64,000 nt of DNA from Kangiellaceae bacterium. GTDB lineage: Bacteria > Pseudomonadota > Gammaproteobacteria > Enterobacterales > Kangiellaceae. A program made the translations under genes and the position numbers. Within the stretch, counting starts at the first letter, position 1, and each line of letters opens with the position of its first letter. The stretch lies in NCBI GenBank assembly GCA_019090895.1, contig JAHRVB010000121.1, forward strand, positions 10,513 to 74,512. Direction: 5' to 3'. Shown here one piece after another: positions 20,334 through 29,062 of this stretch. The notes under the pieces are model-generated. The model did not search any database and was not told the origin of the DNA. It saw nothing but the letters and a program-made list of their open reading frames with translations.

Positions 20334-23300
20334 TTATTCCTCCACTCCCACCGTTGCCTCGGATGTATTTGAGTGATAAGGCGAAGCTGCGTTATCATCA
20401 TCCAGAGAATCGCCCTCAAGATAAGACTCGAAGTCATCTGCAAACACTTCTGTCGTTCCCGCCGTGTCTGAGTATATGGCTAGCTCATCAACACTGAATA
20501 TGCCTGTGGCTAAGCGAACACCACCGTTATCTCCAAACCGTAACGCAACATGTGTCACGCCATTGAAGGCATTGTTGTCTAGCGTATAGGGAGCAAGACT
20601 GACACCATCCACAGTGATCGAAACTTCTGGAAGCGTTGTTGCTGGGTCACCACCCGGGTACTCCCAAGTAACAGCCACATTCATAAAACTATCTAGAGTA
20701 TGTGGCAACGTCGACGTATCGATGGTGCTTGGCGCTCTCACTCCAAAACTGTCATCGCGAATACGCAGGTCGAGAATTGCCCCATCGTTATTAGTGTTTT
20801 CGTTAAACAAAGTGATGAAGGCATCGCCATCGCCAAGGGTATCGTCCATTCGCTTCACTGCTATTTCTAGACGACCAGCCACAAGCGGGCCATTGGCAGC
20901 CAGTTCATATCTCAATTCTCCGGTATCGGTATCTAGCGTATCAACGATTTGTGCAAATTGATTACCAGCAGTTCCAGGACCACCTTCACTACTTTCCTCA
21001 GCACCAACTGTCGCCTCGGATGTGTTTGAATGGTAAGGCGAAGCGCCGTTATCTGTATCCAATGAATCGCCTTCTAGATAGGATTGAAAATTATCTGAGA
21101 ATACTGCCGACATACCATCGGTATCAGAATAAATCGATAGTTCATCAACACTGAATACACCTGTCGCTAAGCGCACACCACCATTATCACCGAAGCGGAA
21201 GGATACATGTGTCACACCATTGAAGGCGCTGTTGTCTAATGTATAGGGAGCAAGACTGACGCCATCCACCGAAATCGTAACTTGAGGAAGCGTTGTTGCT
21301 GGGTCTCCCAAGTACTCCCAAGAAATAACAACATCCATAAAGCTATCCAGAGAATGTGGCAGCTCAGAAGTATCGATAGTGCTTGGTGCTCTCACACCAA
21401 AGCTGCTATCCCTGATTCGGAAATCAAGAATGGCACCATCATTATTTGTGTTTTCGTTAAACAAGGTAATAAAGGCATCACCATCGCCTAAATCATCATC
21501 CAAGCGCTTAACGGCTACTTCAATTCGACCTGTTAATAAAGGACCATCAGTATCCAATGCATATCGCAACTCCCCGGTATCTGTATCAAGGGTATCAACG
21601 ATTTGAGCGAATTTATTACCGGGTGTTCCGGGCCCTGTAGCACCAGCAATGACTTCTACTGTAGCCTCAGATGTACTCGAATTAAAAGGCGATGCGGCAT
21701 TATCCGTATCTAGCGAGTCCCCTTCGAGGTAAGACTCAAAGTCATCAGAAAAGACTTCATTAAACCCTGCTGAATCGGAGTAAATGGCTAAGTCATCAAC
21801 ACTCACTTTGCCCGTGTCTAATCGCACACCACCATTATCACCAAAGCGAATGGCTACGTGTGTCACACCACCGATTGCGTTGTTATCCAGCGTGTAGGGA
21901 GCAAGACTGACACCATCCACCGAAATCGTAACCTGTGGAAGCTGCGCCGTATCCCCCCCTGGATATTCCCAAGTAATACGCACCTCCATGAAGTCATCAA
22001 GGGTATGCGGAAGCGAGGAGGTATCGATACTGCTTGGTGCTCTCACACCAAAGCTATCATCGCGAATACGGAAATCGAGAATTGCACCATCGTTATTGGT
22101 ATTTGAGTTAAACAAGGTAATAAACGCATCACCATCACCCAAGTCATCATCTAAACGTTTGATTTTTAGTTCAACACGCCCTGCTGCGAGAGGACCATCG
22201 GCATCTAGAGCGTATCGCAATTCGCCGGTATCTGAATCAAGGGTATCAATAATGACAGCAACTTTATTGTCGCCGCCAGCGGGCGCTCCGCCCACACCGT
22301 TAATAGTAATCACTAAATCTGCCGTGGTTCCATCAACGGATGAAATTTGGATGGTATCCGTCAGTCTGCCGCCCTGAATCATCGCAGCAATAGTAGCGTG
22401 TGTTGTATCGAGTGTGTATTCCCAAGCGCCAGATGGCAAGATTGAAAAGGTACCGTATTCAGTCATTGTCGCTATTTGTTCGACAAGCATATCTTCACCG
22501 GGATCCGGGTCTAGCACGGTGACATTGTCCGTTAATACATCAGTAATATCGCTATTTATAGCACCCACTAAGTTAAAGAACGCAGCCGGTGTAGTCTCAT
22601 CAGATGAACTGACATCGTATGTAGATACCATTGCATCGACTGACAATTGATATGCTGAAGAACTGCCAAAGGTGTTTCCGACATCATATCCCTCGAAATC
22701 ATCTTGGAAAACAGGTGTTGTGCCTGCAGTGTCGGAAGTGAGTACCACATTGTCGATATAATAAGCGCCGAACGGAATCGTTGTACTATTGTCGCCAAAG
22801 CGCCACTGTATAGTTTCTACCCCCTCAGCAAACCACTGATCAAGTGATGTGAAATCTGAATCGACAACAGCAGCCGTGGAGAATGGTCCGTTCCCCAAAA
22901 CTTCGCCATTGAGAAGGATAATGATCTGATTTACGTCGGCCATATCCCAAATAATTTCAACTTCATACCATTCGTTAGGGGTGAAGGGAGCCTCGACGGT
23001 ATCACCAGGATAAGCAGCGTCATCGGTATTACGAACTAGAAATCTTGGTTCTCTGATGCTGCCATCATCTTCTGTCGCTTGCCCTTGTATACGAAGGTCA
23101 ACGAGTGATTCTGAACTACTTCCTGACGAGCCGTATAAAGTTATGTAGGCATCTTTTTGATTGCCATCATCGGCAAGCGCTTCAGTTTTAAGAAATGAAA
23201 ATGACAGTCTTCCTTGCTGCTGATGGGGGTCAAGATTGAGTCTCAACTCTCCCGTATCGCCGTTAATCGTATTTCTTATTTCCGCGACTTGCGTCAACGC

Positions 23301-24536
23301 GGAAACACGAATAACCAAATTCGCCGTTGTACCGTCAATGGATGTCAGCATAACCGTATCGGTAACAGATTCACCAACCGCGAGGCCGGCTACTGTTTCA
23401 TTGGTAGTATCCAACGTATAGGTCCAAGCGCCGCTTTCTTCGATGTTGAATGTACCATAAGTAGTCTGTAAATCTGTTTGAGCAACGACCCTGTTTTCCC
23501 CAAAATTTACATCAGTCACAATCACTGTCCCGGAGATAGGGTCGACTTGATCATTCGGAATCGTCGCACTCAAGTTTTCGAATATGGCTGCCTCGGGTAC
23601 ATTTTGAATGGCGTTCTGTACTGCTAGTAACGCGGCGCTGCCTATATTGTCAGCAACTGGTGAAGTACTTAAATCAGCAGCTGCCGCAATGAAGTCATCA
23701 ACAGTAGCGGTCGAGAAAGTTCCATCCGTTAAATCAGTACTGAGTGCGGCAATAATGATCGCCGCATCCGAATCAGGATCATTTGCGTCTAATTGCGAAA
23801 TCAAAGCCAATGCGACTGCATATCGACCTGCAGCATCATCGACAGCAGCAGTTATCGCTAAATTAGTTGGCTCAGTAGAATAAATAGTGTGTGATGCTTC
23901 ATCAGATAGGTCATCGGGAAGCCCAAAAATAACAGCAACTGCGAGGTTATGAGTAGAAATTGCTGTGTTTAAATCGCCTGCAGCTTCTGCTAATTGGGTT
24001 GCGATTTCAGTCAATGGTGAGACGGTAAAAGTAGCGTCGCTTATCACATCGACCACTGCTCGAGTATTCGGAGCATCCAAGACAGCACCGGTTGCTTCAT
24101 CAACATAGGTTCCACCCATACAGGAAATTAACGCTGTTCCATCAACAGGTACCAGCCCAGCAAAAGTCACAGAGCCATTACTGGTTATGCCAGAAGCCAA
24201 CGGAGTACTCGCCGTAGCCCCGCTCGCATCAACAGCAGAAATTTCGCAAGTTGCCCCATCGACAAGTCCATGAAAAAATAGCGCACTCAGGTTGAAAGCG
24301 GCTTGAACATCTACGCCATCTGACTCGATTGTTTCACGAAGGCCCGAATTATCGTCAAAGCGAGCAACAACAGTGACTAGTTCACTACCTTCGTCTTGAG
24401 TTAGTGTGTAGGAGGGGGGAAGTTGCTTCTGAAATAATATCCCCATCAGAATACCACTGATAACTATCAGTACCAGATTCAAGGCCATCCGGATCAGATA
24501 TCGTGGCAGACAGGGTCTCGCCGACAACGGCCTCAC
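20334..24536 (-). CDS. Body of a giant modular surface protein (two VCBS-like repeats and four ConA/LamG-like modules). Its true N-terminus lies in another frame (see 24385-24651).
   Basis: Long ORF. VCBS-like units (YGTFNIEESGAWTYTLD..., YGTFSILPSGAWEYTLD...). Modules start with F.DDFE.Y and end with VD(D/E)L(A/S)IYSD. Confidence 0.75.
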   Translation of the reverse strand: MRPLSARPCLPRYLIRMALNLVLIVISGILMGILFQKQLPPSYTLTQDEGSELVTVVARFDDNSGLRETIESDGVDVQAAFNLSALFFHGLVDGATCEISAVDASGATASTPLASGITSNGSVTFAGLVPVDGTALISCMGGTYVDEATGAVLDAPNTRAVVDVISDATFTVSPLTEIATQLAEAAGDLNTAISTHNLAVAVIFGLPDDLSDEASHTIYSTEPTNLAITAAVDDAAGRYAVALALISQLDANDPDSDAAIIIAALSTDLTDGTFSTATVDDFIAAAADLSTSPVADNIGSAALLAVQNAIQNVPEAAIFENLSATIPNDQVDPISGTVIVTDVNFGENRVVAQTDLQTTYGTFNIEESGAWTYTLDTTNETVAGLAVGESVTDTVMLTSIDGTTANLVIRVSALTQVAEIRNTINGDTGELRLNLDPHQQQGRLSFSFLKTEALADDGNQKDAYITLYGSSGSSSESLVDLRIQGQATEDDGSIREPRFLVRNTDDAAYPGDTVEAPFTPNEWYEVEIIWDMADVNQIIILLNGEVLGNGPFSTAAVVDSDFTSLDQWFAEGVETIQWRFGDNSTTIPFGAYYIDNVVLTSDTAGTTPVFQDDFEGYDVGNTFGSSSAYQLSVDAMVSTYDVSSSDETTPAAFFNLVGAINSDITDVLTDNVTVLDPDPGEDMLVEQIATMTEYGTFSILPSGAWEYTLDTTHATIAAMIQGGRLTDTIQISSVDGTTADLVITINGVGGAPAGGDNKVAVIIDTLDSDTGELRYALDADGPLAAGRVELKIKRLDDDLGDGDAFITLFNSNTNNDGAILDFRIRDDSFGVRAPSSIDTSSLPHTLDDFMEVRITWEYPGGDTAQLPQVTISVDGVSLAPYTLDNNAIGGVTHVAIRFGDNGGVRLDTGKVSVDDLAIYSDSAGFNEVFSDDFESYLEGDSLDTDNAASPFNSSTSEATVEVIAGATGPGTPGNKFAQIVDTLDTDTGELRYALDTDGPLLTGRIEVAVKRLDDDLGDGDAFITLFNENTNNDGAILDFRIRDSSFGVRAPSTIDTSELPHSLDSFMDVVISWEYLGDPATTLPQVTISVDGVSLAPYTLDNSAFNGVTHVSFRFGDNGGVRLATGVFSVDELSIYSDTDGMSAVFSDNFQSYLEGDSLDTDNGASPYHSNTSEATVGAEESSEGGPGTAGNQFAQIVDTLDTDTGELRYELAANGPLVAGRLEIAVKRMDDTLGDGDAFITLFNENTNNDGAILDLRIRDDSFGVRAPSTIDTSTLPHTLDSFMNVAVTWEYPGGDPATTLPEVSITVDGVSLAPYTLDNNAFNGVTHVALRFGDNGGVRLATGIFSVDELAIYSDTAGTTEVFADDFESYLEGDSLDDDNAASPYHSNTSEATVGVEE
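20337..22268. repeat. Three tandem coding repeats of about 650 bp (20337-20963, 20964-21617, 21618-22268)
   Basis: The encoded modules are identical at most positions, for example DTLDTDTGELRYAL, GDGDAFITLFNENTNNDGAILD.RIRD and RFGDNGGVRLATG. Confidence 0.85.
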
Positions 24537-24651
24537 CGCTTATGCTCACAACACCATTAGAGCCTTCCACCAAAGGAACCTCATCGCGACTACTTCCGCA
24601 GCCAACCAACGTCATAATCAGTGCTGCATAAAAAAAGACTCTATAGTTCAT
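24385..24651 (-). CDS. N-terminal fragment (lipoprotein signal plus start of an Ig-like repeat) of the giant protein, cut off by a frameshift
   Basis: MNYRVFFYAALIMTLVGC lipobox. ...YQWYSDGDIISEATSP continues as SYTLTQDEGSELVTV in the 20334-24536 frame. Confidence 0.7.
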   Translation of the reverse strand: MNYRVFFYAALIMTLVGCGSSRDEVPLVEGSNGVVSISGEAVVGETLSATISDPDGLESGTDSYQWYSDGDIISEATSPLLHTNSRRR

Positions 24652-24791
24652 TGCTTTGAGATCCCCTATCCAATTTATTATTTTAATATCAACTTCAGCT
24701 CTCTATGGAAACTTTCCCGCAAGCTGTAAGTACCAAACCTTCTATCTACATTGTGATATCGCTAATCTAGATAGTCTTATTTAACTGACCA

Positions 24792-24851
24792 ATTGTCAAG
24801 CTTTGGCATAACAATAATATACTACTAAACGCTGTAATTGGTAATACCAAT
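24792..24851. promoter_or_regulatory. Candidate operators upstream of the giant lipoprotein/TBDR/PL7 transcription unit
   Basis: ATTGTCAAG (24792-24800) and TTGGTAATACCAAT (24838-24851). Confidence 0.45.
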
Positions 24852-25303
24852 ACTCATCTTTGTAACTAGAGGGCTTTAATTAAGTTCTAATTAGAGACTA
24901 CAACCCTACCTTTAAATACCCAGAATTAGCACTTAGATAATCAATCTTTTCAATGGGTTAAGTACAAAGTAACTATTCCGTCGATGAAATAGACACAACC
25001 TCCATTATCAACCAACAAACGCACGACACGAATAGATTCTTTGAGCAAATCATTTTCAAAAAAAGTGAGTAGATGGAGAACTTTCAATACCGAATAATTA
25101 AATAAAAAGGATTAAAACCTTTACAATCGGTCAACCAACTTGGTTAACAAAAGACTCAACAGCGCTCGTATCAATAGGAGCTGGTATTTATGCGATCCGG
25201 TATCAATACTAGGAAATCTAAAGTCAGACACTCAGTTATCAAATTCTGCTATTCACTCAAAAAACGTTTCATTTTTTAACTATCACACCTAATTTGAAAA
25301 ACT

Positions 25304-25333
25304 AAAAAAAAAGCAAGCCAACAAGGCTTGCTT
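25304..25333 (-). terminator. Rho-independent terminator of the second TBDR gene
   Basis: 9-bp stem AAGCAAGCC/GGCTTGCTT with a 5-nt loop, followed on the minus strand by a T run. Confidence 0.7.
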
Positions 25334-25435
25334 TTCATTTTATCCCTAAGCTCTGTAAAACAGTTCAGTCGTCTGCCATCAGCGATGGCATTCATTTGTT
25401 CTACAACAGCTTATTGCTTTTACGCGTTTCAAATA

Positions 25436-28336
25436 CTAGAAACGATAACTAGCACCAAGAGAGACACGTCGATCAGGAAGACCAACAAAACATAGCAGTG
25501 CTCCATCAGACACACAATACTGTTCGATACGCTCTTCTGTTAAGTTGACGACATCCAATCCGATATTCAACTGCTCAGTGACATCATAATTAACACTCGC
25601 ATTGAGTTGTCCTCTCGCTGCTGTAACAACGGGGAAACTAAGCGTACTACTACCACTGCTGTTAGCACCACCAGCGTAATCTTGTGTACGGAAAGCATCA
25701 CGCCATGTATAACGCATACGAGCAGATAATCCAAACTTCTCATAATATACGGTGAAGTTATAAGCCTTTTCAGAGAAATCAAGTAATCCACGTGGAATAC
25801 TCACATCACCTAAAACGGCTAAACCACGACCCGAAGTACTGTCGACAACTGAACCACCAGAAAAGTCCTGTTTAGTATAATTAGCGACGGCACCAAAACC
25901 TGACGCCCAACCTAGCTGCTCTTCGAAACTTGAAAGATCGTACTGTACTGCCAGTTCGAAGCCTTTTTGAGTCGTAGTCTCTGGATCATTACCTGGGGTG
26001 CTTTTATCAACACAAAGACCAGTTGTATTAGGGTCGCCTAATACGTTTGGAATGACATCGGGATTATAAAAACCACCACCTGGACATGACGGATCCGTCT
26101 CTCGGTGGAAGCCGAATGGAGTATCATCGGCAACAAGAAGTGCCCCCTCAAAATCAGAACCAAAGATGTTGGTACGATCTTTCTTGAAGTAACCAACACT
26201 AAATACGGCAGCTTCGGCAAAATACCACTCAACACCTAAATCCAAAGAATCAACTTCCTCAGGTTCTAGACCAGGATTGCCTAAAGCAACCGCAGCATTT
26301 TCGCTAGTATCTAAAGTAAATCCTGTTGCTAATTGATTAAAGTTAGGACGTCTTATATCTGTACCGTACCCTAATCGAACAACCACATCATCATGGGGTG
26401 TCATTACCAAATTTAAACGCGGTAGTATAAAATCGTAACTACCACTTTCTGTGAATAATTGGCCAGTAGATGGATCAAATCCTGTTGAGTCAATATCAGT
26501 TTCTAAATAGCGCAAACCGAAATTACCTCTCAATAAATCACCATATTCAAAATTCGCTTGTACATAAAGTGCTGTAGTTTCTTCACTAATATCACGGAAT
26601 GCAGAATCTCGAGATTGAACATTTAATATATCCGGACTATCTGGATCATGCGCAACAACCGCGGCTTGAAGTGTGTCTATTACATACTGAGGGTTAGAAA
26701 AAGCCAAGTCGGGATTAATAAGAAGAAAATCGCGAATGTACAGGTTTCTGCCATCAGCTTGGTTATAATTAGATGCTCCAGTGACTAACAACTCAGAGAA
26801 TAGCGCACCATTAGGGCTATCTGCCATTCGGCTAAAACCACCAATATTATCCCCTATATCTTCATATTCATGAGTTGACTTATTAAATCGAATACCAGCA
26901 TCAACCGACGTAATAATACCTTCGTCAAATGAATAAGACCCATCCAGCCGGAAAGCATCTTCAGAATTATTAGTCGTATCGCGACCGACTTGAACCTGAT
27001 CTAACACAACGTTATTTGGATTCGTTAAATCTGCGGCAGAAGGTGCAAATGGCGAATCGAAATTTATTCCGAAGGCTAAAGAACCACCTGACAAGTCATA
27101 CATGAACGGAACACAGTTATCATTACTTGTTCCATCTAAAGGACAGTTTGGGTTAATAAAATTAAGGGTTGTATTGAGTGTTGGGTTAACAGTATCGGAA
27201 CTTGAAGTCGAAATTTCAGCGCTGACAAACAAACTATCCCCTTGCCATTCTCCGCCTAAAACAAAGACGTTAGTGTCGGTAACACGAGCGCCTGTTTCGC
27301 TGGTAAAACGCAGATTAGGATCGTCATCATCATTCGCTAAATCAGGCTCTAGAAAACCAGTCAGTGCCGCTTGATAAGAGCCCAGTCCATATCCATAATT
27401 AACAGTTTCAAAACCCGTTGGCACGCTAATATTACGCAAGCTACTCACACCAGAAGCTTGTAATCTATATTGATCTCGACTTCGCTCTTGTTCGTTAACT
27501 AGCGCATCGAAATGGAATTTCATATTTTCGTTAGGCGCCCACTCGAGTGTGGTCGCAATATTTAGAGTTTCATAATCATCATTTTCTTGCTCTTGGACTA
27601 AAAACTGAATACCTTGCCATTCTTGGCCATTAATATTAACGAGATTATCTCGGTCAGCTCGAGGTCGAAAAGACACTGCTTCTTGCTCGGTGTAACTTCC
27701 ACTGATTACAAAACCGAACTTACCCGCTTCAGTTTCCCAATTGTCACCAAAAGCGCCAGATAAACGAGGTGTCGCACTTTCAGTACTTAAACTACTTTCT
27801 TCGAATTGAAGACGGACATTACCTAAAGTTTCCGACAAATCAAGTGGACGAATTGTACGTAAGTTTACGGTCCCTCCCACGGAGCCTTCGATTGTTTTGG
27901 CGTCCGGAGCTTTTGTTACTTCGACACTTGCGATAATAGATGCATTAATATCTTCGAAGCTGATTCCGTTACGACCCGAACCGGCGCCTACCGTAGACAC
28001 ACCATTAATTTCTACTCTATTTGAGCTTGAACCACGAATCTGCACACCGGTACCAATACCGGCGGTTCTTGTAATCTGCACTCCCGTAACACTCTCAAGA
28101 ACTTCCGCCAAATTTTGATCCGGTAACTTACCGATATCAACCGCTTCAATGACTTCGATAATGCTATTAGCTTCTCGTTTCTCTGCAAGTGCATTGGAAA
28201 GAGAGCTTCGAATACCAACTATTTTCACTACATTCCCATCTTCAGCTTCTGACTCTATTTCTTCAGCATGAACGGACATAGCCATTGTCGTTGCTGATAG
28301 TATAGCCATCGCTATGGTCGAACGTTTAAATCGCAT
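25436..28336 (-). CDS. TonB-dependent outer-membrane receptor (second copy in the locus)
   Basis: Signal peptide (AMAILSATTMAMSVHA), plug motifs (VVKIVGIRSS, IEVIEAVDIGKLPDQNLAE) and a barrel ending in ...LGASYRF. Confidence 0.85.
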   Translation of the reverse strand: MRFKRSTIAMAILSATTMAMSVHAEEIESEAEDGNVVKIVGIRSSLSNALAEKREANSIIEVIEAVDIGKLPDQNLAEVLESVTGVQITRTAGIGTGVQIRGSSSNRVEINGVSTVGAGSGRNGISFEDINASIIASVEVTKAPDAKTIEGSVGGTVNLRTIRPLDLSETLGNVRLQFEESSLSTESATPRLSGAFGDNWETEAGKFGFVISGSYTEQEAVSFRPRADRDNLVNINGQEWQGIQFLVQEQENDDYETLNIATTLEWAPNENMKFHFDALVNEQERSRDQYRLQASGVSSLRNISVPTGFETVNYGYGLGSYQAALTGFLEPDLANDDDDPNLRFTSETGARVTDTNVFVLGGEWQGDSLFVSAEISTSSSDTVNPTLNTTLNFINPNCPLDGTSNDNCVPFMYDLSGGSLAFGINFDSPFAPSAADLTNPNNVVLDQVQVGRDTTNNSEDAFRLDGSYSFDEGIITSVDAGIRFNKSTHEYEDIGDNIGGFSRMADSPNGALFSELLVTGASNYNQADGRNLYIRDFLLINPDLAFSNPQYVIDTLQAAVVAHDPDSPDILNVQSRDSAFRDISEETTALYVQANFEYGDLLRGNFGLRYLETDIDSTGFDPSTGQLFTESGSYDFILPRLNLVMTPHDDVVVRLGYGTDIRRPNFNQLATGFTLDTSENAAVALGNPGLEPEEVDSLDLGVEWYFAEAAVFSVGYFKKDRTNIFGSDFEGALLVADDTPFGFHRETDPSCPGGGFYNPDVIPNVLGDPNTTGLCVDKSTPGNDPETTTQKGFELAVQYDLSSFEEQLGWASGFGAVANYTKQDFSGGSVVDSTSGRGLAVLGDVSIPRGLLDFSEKAYNFTVYYEKFGLSARMRYTWRDAFRTQDYAGGANSSGSSTLSFPVVTAARGQLNASVNYDVTEQLNIGLDVVNLTEERIEQYCVSDGALLCFVGLPDRRVSLGASYRF

Positions 28337-28428
28337 TTTATTACTCCCCTAATACTGTTTTAAAATTATTATTAAAAGTGCCTTGCTAAATAGACGCCCG
28401 GAAATATTTCCAGCCTTGAAACACCCAA

Positions 28429-28552
28429 TCGGTAATACCAATTCATTCCGTACAACGCATCAATCCTAGTGCACTATTTCATAGACAGAACTATTGGTCA
28501 ACCTTTTAGTAAGCAATCCAGTCATAATAAACGCCATATTGGTATTACCAAT
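28429..28552. promoter_or_regulatory. Candidate operators upstream of the second TBDR
   Basis: TCGGTAATACCAAT (28429-28442), ATTGGTCAACC (28493-28503) and TTGGTATTACCAAT (28539-28552, within the perfect palindrome ATATTGGTA-T-TACCAATAT). Confidence 0.5.
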
Positions 28553-29062
28553 ATTTGAAACATATTTCAAATCAATATGTTAAATTAAATTAAAAAATAA
28601 TAATATTTAGTCAGGTATAACAGTACCTGAAGAGAATATTGAACAAAATAGAGTATAGCTTACGGCAGGATATAAAAAAGCGGTGGAACCTAGGTTGGAA
28701 AGTGGTTTTATATTACAACAATCGCTTTCGGGTTGGATAATTCGCTAGGGAGCGACCGAAAGTGGATCGCTTAATTGAAAGTACCTCTGCCAAAAGCTCT
28801 GACCAAAATGCAGAGTGCTGAGCGTATTTAGATTACATATTGGTAAGTATAATTTCCTACCATCAATAAAGCTTATTGTGAAGGATTAATAGAAACAACT
28901 AGCTAAATTGATGGCTGATTTTTAGACTCAAAAACTTTGATTTCATTAAAGTCGAAAAAAGCACCTTCCTAGTTCAAAAAAGAGCAAATAGGAAAGAGCT
29001 TATTGAACGATAGACTTAATGATAAATGCTAATGAGTAGCAAACATCGTAATTGCTTTTAAT

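Noticed and set aside
20255-20443. An upstream extension of the first TBDR ORF (MQMTSSLILRAILWMM...) overlaps the end of the giant gene.
   Set aside because: The extension has no signal-peptide character. A normal signal peptide follows the ATG at 20254, so the overlap is most likely non-coding in this frame.
20614-22377. Plus-strand ORFs 20614-20961, 21379-21606 and 21988-22377 encode mutually similar peptides (MLGALTPKLSSRIRKSRIAPSLLVF...), which could look like a conserved antisense gene family.
   Set aside because: They lie antisense to the three tandem repeat units of the giant gene. Their similarity is simply a consequence of the DNA repeats. They have no RBS or independent signal.
24437-24536. 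The N-terminus of the 1,400-aa ORF (MRPLSARPCLPRYLIRMALNLVLIVISGILMGILF) looks like a signal or TM segment.
   Set aside because: It is an out-of-frame reading of the Ig-like repeat. The repeat is read properly in the 24385-24651 frame, which has a real lipobox. See the frameshift finding.
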